Shown here: positions 1 to 12,000 of the stretch, in pieces
Layout of the letters: each line of letters begins with the position of its first letter
Position numbering within the stretch: position 1 is the stretch's first letter
Source of the DNA: an uncultured virus (IMG/VR IMGVR_UViG_3300040960_001631)
Lineage: Duplodnaviria > Heunggongvirae > Uroviricota > Caudoviricetes
DNA: 64,000 nucleotides
Direction: 5' to 3' (one strand)
IMG/VR virus record: IMGVR_UViG_3300040960_001631
Span: 1-64,000 of that record
Position numbers and translations under genes: made by a program
Notes under the pieces: generated by a model
The model's database searches: none
Told to the model about the DNA's origin: nothing
Seen by the model: only the letters and a program-made list of their open reading frames with translations

Positions 1-1452
1 TAGTTTTTCACCCTCGTCAAAGTTGCTCTCTAATGCAATGCCAACAACTGAACCTCCATTAATTGCTGTACTTGCACAACCATTGTCGTCAACATATACA
101 GCATCGCCTTTTGCAACTGGTCCAATTACTCTTACAGGCAATCGTCCTTTTAGACCAATGTATTGTCCTTCTGCATCACTATTCATCATTACAGCAGGAT
201 CTGTTGATACAACACCAATTGCTATACACCCTCTATTTGCAGCTTCAACTTCATGATCATCGTGTTTGCATACACAAACAACTGTGCCAGGAACAAGTTC
301 TTCGCTTGTGCTATATTTTTCTGCTAAGTCTGCATATCTTGCTTGTGTAGCAGTACCTTGGAACAATGTTGCACTTAGGTTACCTGTAGCATCTCTTACT
401 GCAACAGTATTATTTGATGTTGCAACTGAAGCAGTTCTATAATTTCCCGAACCATCATTAAGTGTTGCAGCTTTAGATGCTATGCCTACAAAGTTAGTAG
501 CATAAACATCATTCCATACAAGTGATGCACTACCTAAATCAAATGTATTGTTTGTTGCAGGATTAAATCCTGCACTTGTAAATGTAGCTACATGTGTTTC
601 TTGTCCAGTGCCATTTGTTGCTTTAAATTTTATTTTACTGTTTAATCCAGTAATGTTAGAAATAACACCTTCTGTGCCGTTTTCAACTTTAATTCTTAAA
701 TCCTGGCTATCACCAATTTGTACACCTGCATCTGGGAATGTTACAACTGTATTAAAATTTGGATTTGTTGTTCTAACAAACTGATCTGCAGAAAATCCTT
801 CTAGTTTATCTGAGTTAGATGCAGTGCCTTGGAACCTGTGTGCATCTGATGTTACACCTGAGGACGAATTGATAAGTGTTATACCTTTAGTAATTACATT
901 AAATGCATCAAGATTTTTAAGGGCTGTTTCACTTGCTGCTAATGTAAACGTACTACTACTAATAATCATTACAACGTTATCATTAATTGTACCAGTAATT
1001 ATACTTCTTGTTGCGCCACCGTCATCAAGTACTTCTCTACTTTGCATTTGGGTTACGCCTTCGCCTGCATTCTGTGGGCCAATTAATATAAATGCTGTTC
1101 CATTATAAACATACAATTGATCATTGGCATTATCCCACCAAAAATCACCTTCAGCAAGTCCTGCAGGTTCGTCTGCACCTATTTCAGCACCACCAGTAGT
1201 TCTCCACTGTGTACCATCATAAAATTTAAGTTTACTGTTGCCACTATCAAACCAAACTTGTCCGCTAATTGGTCTTGCTGGTTGATTTGCTCCACTAAAA
1301 TTTTCTAGCAAAAACAGGAAGTTTTCATTCTGGATTTCTCCATAACCTGCATAGTTTTTACCTATAAACTTAAGATCAGTAGTTTGATCTACTGTTCCGT
1401 CCTCTACTGTAGTAAGTAGTGTATTATTGTATCTATCAATTTGATATGCCAT
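1..1452 (-). CDS. Tail fibre-like virion protein, runs off the window edge (not in ORF track)
   Basis: Manual translation from ATG at 1452: MAYQIDRYNNTLLTTVEDG...GKNYAGYGEIQNENFLFLLENF...GQVWFD, the same N-terminal module as the next two genes. C-terminal ARYADLAEKY...PGTVV resembles intramolecular-chaperone/autocleavage domains of fibres. Confidence 0.75.
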   Translation of the reverse strand, partial: MAYQIDRYNNTLLTTVEDGTVDQTTDLKFIGKNYAGYGEIQNENFLFLLENFSGANQPARPISGQVWFDSGNSKLKFYDGTQWRTTGGAEIGADEPAGLAEGDFWWDNANDQLYVYNGTAFILIGPQNAGEGVTQMQSREVLDDGGATRSIITGTINDNVVMIISSSTFTLAASETALKNLDAFNVITKGITLINSSSGVTSDAHRFQGTASNSDKLEGFSADQFVRTTNPNFNTVVTFPDAGVQIGDSQDLRIKVENGTEGVISNITGLNSKIKFKATNGTGQETHVATFTSAGFNPATNNTFDLGSASLVWNDVYATNFVGIASKAATLNDGSGNYRTASVATSNNTVAVRDATGNLSATLFQGTATQARYADLAEKYSTSEELVPGTVVCVCKHDDHEVEAANRGCIAIGVVSTDPAVMMNSDAEGQYIGLKGRLPVRVIGPVAKGDAVYVDDNGCASTAINGGSVVGIALESNFDEGEKL

Positions 1453-1489
1453 TGTGTCAAGCCCCTAAGTATTATACTTATTTATTCAA

Positions 1490-3391
1490 TTATGGATATG
1501 CAGTGTCACTTACAAAATTCCATGCTGATCCGTCCGATTGGAAGGTTAAAAGTTGTCTAGTTGGTGTTAGTACAGCACTACCAGATGCTGTTGTATTAGC
1601 AACAATGTCTTGTATAACTGCGCCGGTTCCGCCGCCAGCTAAGTCGACATCTATATACGATTTTTGTAGAACCCCTGTATTATTGTCTGCAACAGATACA
1701 TTAATACCACTAACTGTGGCGCCTGCATAAGACGTTGCGTGTATTCTTGCCGGTTTGCCTGCATTTTCTGGTGCAGCAGGATACAAATCATCTAAATAGT
1801 CTGATAAACTTGTATATAAAGTAGCACCAGATCCTAGTCCAGTAATATCCATAGAAAACACAATAGGTTCTGTAGCAACTACATTGTCAACATAATACTT
1901 TGTAGCAGCATCTTGATTTTCTGTAGGATCTGCTATCCCTGTAATTTTTTGACTATCGGTTACATGTATGTCTCCAAAACCTGTAATCGATATGCCTCTG
2001 CCATCGCCGTCTACTGCATTTGATGCAATATTTAAAGTAGTAGCACTTTGAATAGTATTACCATCTATTCCTATACTATCTACATTTAGATATTCTAGGG
2101 TTCCTACTCTTACTAAACCAGTAGCATAAATTATACTCGAACCTAATCTATCATTTAATACTTTATCTACTCCAGCAATTTTATAAGTTGAAGTTGTTGT
2201 AGTTAAATCTATATTAGAACCTGAAGTCCATGCATTAGCAGTATTTTTCCAAACAAAAGTTTTATTTCCAGAACTAGATAATAGTGTTAGGCCGCCGCCG
2301 TCTACAACAGTATTATCACCATAACTACCACCATTAACATGTGCTAGCTCTATATTTTTGTCTTCAACTAACAATGTAGCAGTTTCAACTGTTGTAGTAT
2401 CGCCTTCAACAACAAGATCTCCAGTTACTCGTAAATCTCCGTTTATATCAAACGTATATTCAGGCGTATTAGTAAAAATACCAATTTTTTCTTCAGATGC
2501 ATCAATGTATAATGCATCGATAATCACCGCTCCAGACGGTGTAGTTCTAACTCTTAAACTAATATCATTATCTAGAAGTTGATTTTCAAAGTAAAAACGT
2601 GGGCCTACAACTTTTTGAACATGGTTTTGCGACAGACCAATTGTTATACCACCTGAATTTTGTACTGTTAATGTACCTACTGTAACACCGTTAGCATCAG
2701 AAGGTAAAAATTGGTCAGCTGTTCTAGTTATTCCTGAGCCTGTTATAAGAGCATTTGCTCCGCTTGCTGTTCCGTAAAACTTAAAGTTTGTTGTATCTAT
2801 GACATTTATGCCTTCGTATATGATGCCATTAGGATTATCATCTGTTACTAAACCTAAAATTCTTTGGCTATACACTGGTGTAAATGTAAGTCCACTCATT
2901 ACTGCTACTAGTTCGCCACCAATATATAAATTAGCAAGAGTTCTTGATCTAGATTGAGTATCAAGTATGCTTTCTATTTGAAATCCACTTAATCCTTGTG
3001 AGTCTGCATACTGAGGTCCTACTAATAGAAGATCATTTCCGTCAAAAGCATAAAGTTGATTTTTTAAGTTATCAATCCATAAATCGCCTGCAACCATTTG
3101 CGGACGAGTATCTTGTACATAAGGTCCACCACTAGCTTTCCATGTTGTTCCGTCATAGATTTTTAATCTTTGATCTGCTGTGTCATACCATAATTGACCA
3201 ACTAATGGATTACTAGGGGCAGCAGTATTTGAAAAATTCTCTAAAAGTTTAATAAAATTTTCGTTAAAGTATTCGCCGTAACCTGTATAATTTCGTCCTA
3301 CTAACACAAGGTTAGTAGATGAGTTATCTATTTGACCATCTATTAATTCTGTTAGTAATGTTCCATCTGTTTTGTTTAATTGATAACTCAT
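1490..3391 (-). CDS. Tail fibre-like virion protein
   Basis: 633 aa; shared N-terminal module (GRNYTGYGEYFNENFIKLLENF...GQLWYD...LKIYDGTTW); G/T/N-rich beta repeats; DPTENQDAATKYYVD fibre motif. Confidence 0.75.
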   Translation of the reverse strand: MSYQLNKTDGTLLTELIDGQIDNSSTNLVLVGRNYTGYGEYFNENFIKLLENFSNTAAPSNPLVGQLWYDTADQRLKIYDGTTWKASGGPYVQDTRPQMVAGDLWIDNLKNQLYAFDGNDLLLVGPQYADSQGLSGFQIESILDTQSRSRTLANLYIGGELVAVMSGLTFTPVYSQRILGLVTDDNPNGIIYEGINVIDTTNFKFYGTASGANALITGSGITRTADQFLPSDANGVTVGTLTVQNSGGITIGLSQNHVQKVVGPRFYFENQLLDNDISLRVRTTPSGAVIIDALYIDASEEKIGIFTNTPEYTFDINGDLRVTGDLVVEGDTTTVETATLLVEDKNIELAHVNGGSYGDNTVVDGGGLTLLSSSGNKTFVWKNTANAWTSGSNIDLTTTTSTYKIAGVDKVLNDRLGSSIIYATGLVRVGTLEYLNVDSIGIDGNTIQSATTLNIASNAVDGDGRGISITGFGDIHVTDSQKITGIADPTENQDAATKYYVDNVVATEPIVFSMDITGLGSGATLYTSLSDYLDDLYPAAPENAGKPARIHATSYAGATVSGINVSVADNNTGVLQKSYIDVDLAGGGTGAVIQDIVANTTASGSAVLTPTRQLLTFQSDGSAWNFVSDTAYP

Positions 3392-3394
3392 TTA

Positions 3395-5446
3395 TTATTG
3401 CCCCGTATAAATTATGTAGTTAACAGCTAGATATGGGTTCATTGTATCTAGAGGTTGTGCAAGATCGCCAGTAGTTTTAACTCCTCCGCTTGCTGGATAC
3501 GCTTGAGTACCGCCTGTGCCAGGATCAATTGTAAATGGTATTGCTTCTTCGTCAGTTGGTTCACCAGATCCAACCCTTAGACCGTAGTATTGAGCTCCTG
3601 TCGGTGCTTCCATATCGTGTTCGTGTTCAGGAAGGTTTTCTACATTAATATTTTTAGTTTCACTACCTGCGTTACCGCCTATTGCATCCGCTGCAATATT
3701 AGTAACACGATTTGCACTCGGTCCTCCCATATTATCGAGACCTAATGCAAATCTACCTCTAAGATCAGGTAGTGCAAAAGTATTTACACCAGCGTCTGAT
3801 AACAAAGAAGCATCCTTAAAATTAAATCCTATTGCATTATACAATTCTGTATAGTCTGATTTTTGAACTTCGCTGCCATCACAAAATAACCACCCCTGTG
3901 GCGCTTCTTCTCCGCCAAACGGCATAATTGCGCCTGCTGGTACTAACGGAATCGTTTTGAGGAAATTTCTTTTTGATATCCTATAAACTCCCGTTTCGCC
4001 TGTTTTAACATTTAATAATAATTCGTCTGCGTTACCTGCATCAAAGGTAACATCTTTATTAGCAATAAAACTATTTGCAATTTGTACATTGAAACTTTTG
4101 GTTGTGCCGCCTGTTTGACCGTCAAACTCAAAACTATTGTTTTCAACATCGCCTGTCACAGTAAAAGTCGTAGCACTTGCTAATCTGTCTGCAGAACCTG
4201 CTCTACCTGTAACCGTACCACTAACATTACCTTGAACATTACCTATAAAACTATTTGCAAATACTTGATTATATTTGTTATTAGTAGTACCTATGTTTCT
4301 TACACCTGATTCATCAGGTGTAACATTACCGCTTACTAAGATACCTCCAATATCGACATTTCCACCAACATTTAGATCTAGTGCAATGCCTGCGCCACCA
4401 GATGTAATTATAGCGCCACTATTAATACTTGTGCTATTTGTTGTGTTTGCAACATTTAAAACACCTGTATCTGGGCTACCTTCTCTTGGCGAAATTTTTA
4501 AATTTCCTTTTACATCTAATTCTACTTCTGGTGCAGTTGTATTAACTCCTACAAATCCTTCAGAATCTAATCTCATTACAGTTGGCAGTGCAGATGATGT
4601 TTTTAACCTAAAATCTATGCTAGAACCTACAATGTTTTGTTGCATCACTACAGCTTCATTTTCTACCCCTAATTTAAACTGGTTACCTGTTCCAACTGTA
4701 AGTCCTTCGTTGTTTTTAATTAAAATAGGAAAATTAGTTTGACTGTTAGCATTTGCTCTTAAAAAGTTTATAGCAGGTACTACTTCGTCTCCAATTACTA
4801 AGGCTTCGGCTTTTTCAGACACTCCATAATATTTTAAGGTATCTGCTACCAGTGGTATACTAGTAATATTCATACCTGCTTTGATACCTTGTCTAAAACC
4901 AGGGATAACAGTTTTAGGAGTAAAAGCAGTGTCTGCTATAATTATAGCAGGATTATTTTTTATTTTAATTGTTAATACTGTGTAAACAGAATCATTCGAT
5001 CCAGTGATATTTTCAGATACAGCTCCAGTTAATAAACCGTCACTAAATTCAGGTCCAACTAACACCCATCCTGTTCCAGTAAAAAGATATAATTGCTGAC
5101 TATCTGTGTTTACCCATAAATCGCCAGCAGTGCTATTGCTAACTTCGGGTTGCGAAGAAGATTTTTTTAATCCACCGCTAGCAGTCCATGTAGTTCCATC
5201 ATAAACCTTTAATTGATTTACTCCGTCACTTGTATCGTACCATAATTGTCCTTCTACAGGTCTTTCTGGCGCATCACTATTTGCAAAATTTTCTAATAAG
5301 TGTAAAAAGTTTTCTGCTACTGCTTGGCCATAGGATGTTACACCACGTCCTGCAAAAGTTAAACTGGTCTCAGTATTGAGCGTAGCGTCTTCAACTATTA
5401 TTGTTCCTTTGTTTACACTGTCTGTATAACTAATTTGATATGCCAT
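3395..5446 (-). CDS. Tail fibre with tail-collar domain (short-tail-fibre-like)
   Basis: 683 aa; collar motif VPAGAIMPFGG..APQGWLFCDGS...FALPDLRGRF; ends PYLAVNYIIYTG; shared N-terminal module. Confidence 0.8.
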   Translation of the reverse strand: MAYQISYTDSVNKGTIIVEDATLNTETSLTFAGRGVTSYGQAVAENFLHLLENFANSDAPERPVEGQLWYDTSDGVNQLKVYDGTTWTASGGLKKSSSQPEVSNSTAGDLWVNTDSQQLYLFTGTGWVLVGPEFSDGLLTGAVSENITGSNDSVYTVLTIKIKNNPAIIIADTAFTPKTVIPGFRQGIKAGMNITSIPLVADTLKYYGVSEKAEALVIGDEVVPAINFLRANANSQTNFPILIKNNEGLTVGTGNQFKLGVENEAVVMQQNIVGSSIDFRLKTSSALPTVMRLDSEGFVGVNTTAPEVELDVKGNLKISPREGSPDTGVLNVANTTNSTSINSGAIITSGGAGIALDLNVGGNVDIGGILVSGNVTPDESGVRNIGTTNNKYNQVFANSFIGNVQGNVSGTVTGRAGSADRLASATTFTVTGDVENNSFEFDGQTGGTTKSFNVQIANSFIANKDVTFDAGNADELLLNVKTGETGVYRISKRNFLKTIPLVPAGAIMPFGGEEAPQGWLFCDGSEVQKSDYTELYNAIGFNFKDASLLSDAGVNTFALPDLRGRFALGLDNMGGPSANRVTNIAADAIGGNAGSETKNINVENLPEHEHDMEAPTGAQYYGLRVGSGEPTDEEAIPFTIDPGTGGTQAYPASGGVKTTGDLAQPLDTMNPYLAVNYIIYTGQ

Positions 5447-5452
5447 TTTTTA

Positions 5453-6055
5453 TTATCCTGTCAAACTTTGTACTCGTACTGTATAATCTATTTGTATTAA
5501 ACGGTTGAGTGATTTTTGAACAGGATGGAAAATAACATGTGTTAATAATCTACCAGTTCCTGTTGGACTATAACTCCTTAACCCTAATTCATCAAAAACA
5601 TAAACATCATTTGTATTAGAAGCAGTGTCAAATGCTTGTTGTCCTTCTGGCTCTCCATAATCAAGTAAACAACTTACTAATATATCTGTGTAATTAGTAC
5701 CACTTAGGTGTCTTGTTTCAATTTTATTACGTGTAGGATCAGTGTTGTTTACACTACTGTCATCTACAATTTTTGTATATGTTTGATTATAAAGACTTGC
5801 ATTTGTACCTGTAGAATTTGGAGTAAGATATGTGATAATACCTGTTGGATCAATGTTTGTTCCGCCATTGCCAAAACTCATTTCATACACAAATCCTTCT
5901 CCTGCATTTGCAAGACTTTCGGCAAGTGCAATGCTCATATTTTCGTAATGGATTGCATTTCTTTTGTTTATAAAAACTTCTTGTGAAGTAGGGTCAAATA
6001 TTTTTATATGACCTTGTACTAATATTCCATGATTATCTTGCATTATACTATCCAA
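5453..6055 (-). CDS. Baseplate/fibre-attachment structural protein
   Basis: 200 aa between the giant wedge-like gene and the fibres; FDELGL...LLTHVIFHPVQKSLNRLIQIDYTVR resembles fibre-attachment domains. Confidence 0.5.
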   Translation of the reverse strand: MDSIMQDNHGILVQGHIKIFDPTSQEVFINKRNAIHYENMSIALAESLANAGEGFVYEMSFGNGGTNIDPTGIITYLTPNSTGTNASLYNQTYTKIVDDSSVNNTDPTRNKIETRHLSGTNYTDILVSCLLDYGEPEGQQAFDTASNTNDVYVFDELGLRSYSPTGTGRLLTHVIFHPVQKSLNRLIQIDYTVRVQSLTG

Positions 6056-6072
6056 ATTATCCTATACTGTAT

Positions 6073-9000
6073 TTATTCAGGATGCTCATATGTTCCGGCA
6101 CGTAAGAATCTTGCAATGGAATTTTGAGCATCACCTAATGTTTCTTCTTCTTTAGTCCAAGATTGACCTTGTTTTTTGATTATAGTTATACGAGAATTTT
6201 CAGTAGGTATGTTTAATAATGTGATACTATTATTATCTACATCTACACTAAACTCGGCTTCAATAGTTATATCTCCATTTGGACTATCAATATCAATTGT
6301 TGGGTCAAAAACAGATATACTGTTTTTTCTTAGACGCTTGCCTTCTGCAAATACTTCAATTTCATTAATACTTTCGATATTATAACCAATATTAAATGTA
6401 TTAACAATGCCATCTGCTGTAATGTTTGCAACAAGGTTTTGATCTTTATATGGTACAGTTTTTTCTATGTTTTGATTATATACTTTTGTTCCTAAATTAT
6501 GAACAGTTGGAACTCCTGTACCTAATGTTCCTCTTCTAATTTGACGTAAAGTATTATCTTCTTTAACAAAGTATTCTATACGTTCTCCGTTAATAAAGAT
6601 AATTCCTGGCATGTTTTTACCTTTGTCTGGTACTGGTAGATCTATCCCATTATCAACTTCTATTCTTAGATCATAATAGTTTAATGGCTGAGCTAGTTTT
6701 GCAGTACTTGCATCTAAACGCTTAAAGTGCGTTCTATTTAGTATGTCTTTAAATTGTCTATAGCTAAATCCATCTTGTGATATTTCAGCAGCAAAATGTA
6801 TAACTTCTATTACATCGTTTGCAGCAGGTACTTCAACTAGTTGAATTTTTGTTCTATTATCTGTTACATAATAGTCTACACTAGGAATTAAAAGCTCGCT
6901 ATTCTTTGTAATCCAAACATACTGTGCATCTAACGCAGGTTTTCTTAGTAAGATTTCTCCAGCAGTAAGTCTATTATAAGTGTTTGTTTCTTCGTCATTG
7001 ATTAAAGTTTCTCTTTTAACAACATCGTATTGTATTTTTTCAATATCTTTTAGGTTATGATTACTAAATTGGTAAACATAAACTTTTGAATTGACGCCTG
7101 GTAAATCTTTTAATATTACTTCATTGCCACTTATAGAATATTCACTTTCAGAAATATTATATATTTCTATATTATCGCCTGGTAGGCCATATTCATCACC
7201 TAATATTACAGAACTATTTGCAATATCTAAACGCCACTGTTCAGGAGTAAATATTTCTTCTCCATTTAAAAATACCTTCAATCCTTCTGCAGATAACGAT
7301 CCTGCAGGCTGTTGGAATAGTTCAAGTTGATATTCTCTTTGATTAGATTCTGGTATAGTAAAGTTACGACTGTATCCACTATTTAGAATATTTTGATCAA
7401 CTCTAACAATTATGTTGTGTTCTGTTGGTAACGAGTAAAATGGAGCACTACTTAATGCATAAGTTTGTGTAATTCCGTTTGCTGTAAATTCATCTGTTAA
7501 AACTTGGCTAAAATCAACAGTTTCGTTATTAGAGAATATAGTATAATTTATAATCTGTCCTTGTGTAGCAGCGTTTTCTAATCTAAATGCAGTTCTATTA
7601 TCACCTGCAACTTCTGTGGAATAGTCAAATACTGTTATATTTTGTAATTCTCCGTTTACAGTAACGCTTAATGATAATGAATCATCCCAAGTATAGTCGA
7701 TAACAAAATCATATTGTTCTGTTTCTTCAACTGTAATTTCATCACTATACATTACTGATGTACTTGTACTTTGTTCTTGCAATATTATTGATAATTGCTT
7801 ATTTGATTCTACTTCTAAAGATAGTTGTTTATTAGGCCAATCAATAGTATATTGATCTTTGCTTAAAACATTTCCGTCATATTTTACTAAAATGCTATCT
7901 TTAGAGCCGGGTAGTAAACCAAAATTGTAAGTAAATGTTCCAGTGATATCTGTTTCAATATTATTACAAATTATTAACCCTTGATTTCCAGATTCTTTTG
8001 TATACACTTTAATGTCTAATGTATCAAACATTGATCCAGGAACTAACTCTTCAGTTTTTGCACGAGATGTTGATACAAACAAATCACCGTCTGTAATAAT
8101 TTCTTCAGCGTTTATTCCTGCTGCTGTAGTATATGCTAAATCTCCACCTTCAAGTGCTGTGTCGTAACTTGCAAGATCTGGTGTTATGCTACCGTCACTT
8201 GTAATTTTTCTTACAATAAAGATGTCGCCGTCATTTAGGTTAATTCCTAAATTGCTTGTTTCAATAATAGTAGTTGTACCATCACCTGTAATGCTATTTG
8301 TAATAGCATTTACGTTTGTAGCGGATGATCCCGGAACTGCCGGAATAGCTGCAACTGCATCAGTTCCGCCTACTAATTCATCAACAACATATCCTGATAC
8401 TCCTGCTAGTGCTGGATTGTCTTGTGCTGGTGTGTTTCCATCTTGGAATATGCTTCTAATGGTAGCAAGTGATGGTTTACTAATTACTGGTGCAATGTAT
8501 GTGTTGTGGAACGCATAACCTAATGGGTTATTTGCTAGAATGCCTGCTTGGGTACGCATATCGTCTGACCACTCTGGAGCAAGACTTCCACCGTCCCATA
8601 ATTCTGTGTATTCAAACATAGCAAAGTTTAGTAGATACAAGTATTCTTTTGCGGCTACTTCAAACGCATCTGCGATTGTTTTCCAATCATCTGGATTTGC
8701 TTGGTAACCTGATGGATCCCACTTGCCAGCATCGTATGCTTCTTCCATTGCCGCATACAAATCACCTGACTGCCAATCAGCGGCTAAGAACTGATATAGT
8801 TTTATATCGTCTGCAGGTAACCCGTGCATGTGTAGTGTGTGGAATACGTGTTCAATTACTTCCTGTGCATCTGTATCGCCATCGCCATATCCATCACCTG
8901 TTGAGTTTAGGTACCACACCATGTCATTTTGTACATGAGTGTCAAACAGGTTAGTTAGGTTCCAATCAATAACGCCTTGGTCAGTTAGGAAGTTTGGAGA

Positions 9001-12000
9001 GTAATCTGCTCCTGCACCTCTTGCTACTCTTTGTAGTGTTGGTAAGCCTGCGTGATAAGTTCCTGCATCACCACTAAGTGTTTTAATTAACGCTCTTTGA
9101 TATGATTCATTAATGCCTGCGCCATTTGGATCTAAGAACAGTTCAAACATACGTGCTACTTTTTCTAACCACGCATCTGGAACTGCTGTTTGTCCACCTA
9201 CTGTGCCAGCACCCATAATTCGTACACCATTAACTGTAAGTTCACGTTTGAAGAAATCACTACCATTGCCAGTAACATTACTGATTGCACCGTTGTTGTA
9301 TTCTGCATCTGCTGGATTGCCAGGAATTTCGTCTGTGCCAGGAATTTCGGGTGTTCCTGCTACAAAATCAGTTGCATCAATTCTTACACCATTCTTATAA
9401 AGATTGTAGACTATACCTTCTTCTAACGGTGCTCTAAGTTCTACAGCAATAGTAGATCCGTCAGATACAAAAACTTCATCTTCAAAAGTGTTTTCATAAA
9501 CGTCCCATGCATCAGTAAACCATGGCTGACTATCCCATCCGCTTGAACCTCCAAAATCAAAACTCTTTACTTCTACTCCGCCATAGTCAATACCCGTCAT
9601 TAACTGATTAAGCTCTTTGCCAAACATGTTATCAGTCGGATTGTATGCAAATTTAATTCTGTCAGCTGCTTCTAAAAATTCTAAAGGCTTGTAGTATTCA
9701 ATTCTAATAACACTATTACCTGTAGGAGCATTATTAAATGTTAATCTTCCTTTATTTTTTGTATATTGATCAATTATTTCTCTGTTAGAAACTTGATAAG
9801 TGCTTTTTAACATTTCTTGGTCGTCTACAAAAACTTTAACCTTATTCTTACGAACATCAATAGGCCATTTTAAATCAAAAATTGTATCAACACCAGATGC
9901 AGTAAATGTTTCTGATACTGCTAAATCTTCAATAAAATATTCTCCAGAAACTCTATCAAATTTTACTTTAATACTAGGAGTTCTTACAAGACTTTTTCCT
10001 AATATAGCAAATGCTGTTGCTGGTGTACCGTCTTCAGTTTGTGCACCTTCAAGTGTAATTTTAGGAGGATTAATAAATCTTCCGCCAGGATTACGAACTT
10101 TAATAGCAGTAACTTTTCCGTATCCAATAAAGGCTTCAGCAGTTGCACCTGAATTACTAGAATCTTCTATTATAACTTTGGGCGGGAATATATAACCTGA
10201 ACCTGGATTTTTTATTTTGATTTCTGAAAGTTCTGCTCCAAGATTGTCAGCAAAATATTTTCTAGGATATTCTTGTAAAATATTATCAACTTGTAGCAAT
10301 GCGCCATCAAAAACGGTTGTTTTGATTGTTTCAATTTGTTGTGTAGTAGTATTATAAAACGGCGCTGCATCAAAATCTGTTACAACAGAATTTGTTGGAT
10401 CAGTTTTATCATAGGATGCAACAAATTCTCTTATATTTGTCTTATAAGGCTTTACTTCTTTAACATAATTTTCAAAGTACTCTAAGTTGTCTTTCTTAAA
10501 TGTTGCAGGTTGATCTAACTCACCTAATTTATGATTAATTTTTATAAAACTAGTTTTAAATGCCCAATCAAGTAGTGGTTGTTCTGCTACAACGTATCTT
10601 AAACTACTTAAAAATAATTGGTTGTATTCAACTGCTAGTTCATTTATAAAAATATCATCTCTTAGTGCTTCAAAAATAATTCTTAATTCTTTTGCCGGAT
10701 TTGTGTCGTAAAGAGTGCTATCAAAACTTCTATTATCATATCCTACTGTTGACTGTTGTATATTATAAAGATTAGAAGTGAATTGAATAGTACCGTTTTC
10801 ACGACCAATAGTTTCATAATCTACAGTATAATCTTCATTATCAGTAGTGCCTATTCTCTTAAGTAATAACCAGCCTGAACTTCCAATTGATTTAATTTTT
10901 ATTATAGAATTAAATTCTGGTTCTAATTCTTGTAATTCATAACTTTCATCAATTTCATAATTTATTTTTGTAAACTGATTATATCCTGGTGCATACCAAT
11001 CTATATAATTCCAATATTTTGGAACATCATAACCTTGGGTAGATGTTCTAAACCATGTTTTGTCAATTTCATTATATCCGTAAATGCTCCAAAGATTCTT
11101 TGCAGTAGAATCTGCATTTACTAACACACCGAATCTTCTTACACTTATTGTTGTTTGATTTGTATAATTTTTTCCTGTGTTAGTAACTTCTGCAGATATT
11201 ACACTTCCTAAGTTATTAATTTGTAATTTTATTTCTGCATCAACGCCAGATCCATTTATATTAATAGTTGGAACTGTTTTATAGCCTCTGCCTGGAGATT
11301 CTATTTCAACTCTAACAAGCTCACCATTAGATATAATAGGTATTAATTTAGCAGGGCTTAAATTGTTTGTGCTTACATATTGCAATTCTTCTACAGTGTC
11401 TACAGAAAGATCATACTTAGAAGATATTAATGTAGGAGCAAGATCGGTTTCAAACAATCGAGCTGTGTTATAATCATCTACTATTAATAAATCTTTAAAT
11501 ATTATATTAATTCGTTCTATTGTTTGTTTTAGAGCTTCTATTCTATTAACAAACATAGACTGTCTAGGCATATTTAAAATGCCATACTTCTGAGTTTCTG
11601 GTAATTTAATATCGGGTACAGGTCTATTATTAGTATCAAATCCTATTAAACTGTCAAACCACTTTCTTTCAATGTCTACATCTAATTTAGAATTTGCATC
11701 GCCGTCGGCGATTAATTTGAATTCTTTATGAAGATTAGAATCCTTTGTAGCTTGCGATTTATATTTAATATTCAATACTAAATCGTCACCACTTAAAATA
11801 TTTTCAAAATTATTTAGAACTATTCTGTCTGCACCTAAAAACGAAATATACCTATAACCATTTTCTCTTGGTCTTTCAATTAAATTTACTATTTCAAAAA
11901 TACTTAAATTTCTATTTTCTATATCAGGAACTGTTCTTTTAGATTCTACCCAATAGTAATATTTTGTTGAAAAGATTTGAGACACTTCATCATAAATTAA

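Noticed and set aside
8320..9360. Intein as the explanation for the insertion in the giant protein
   Set aside because: No C/S start, HN end or LAGLIDADG motifs; boundaries are Pro/Gly linkers.
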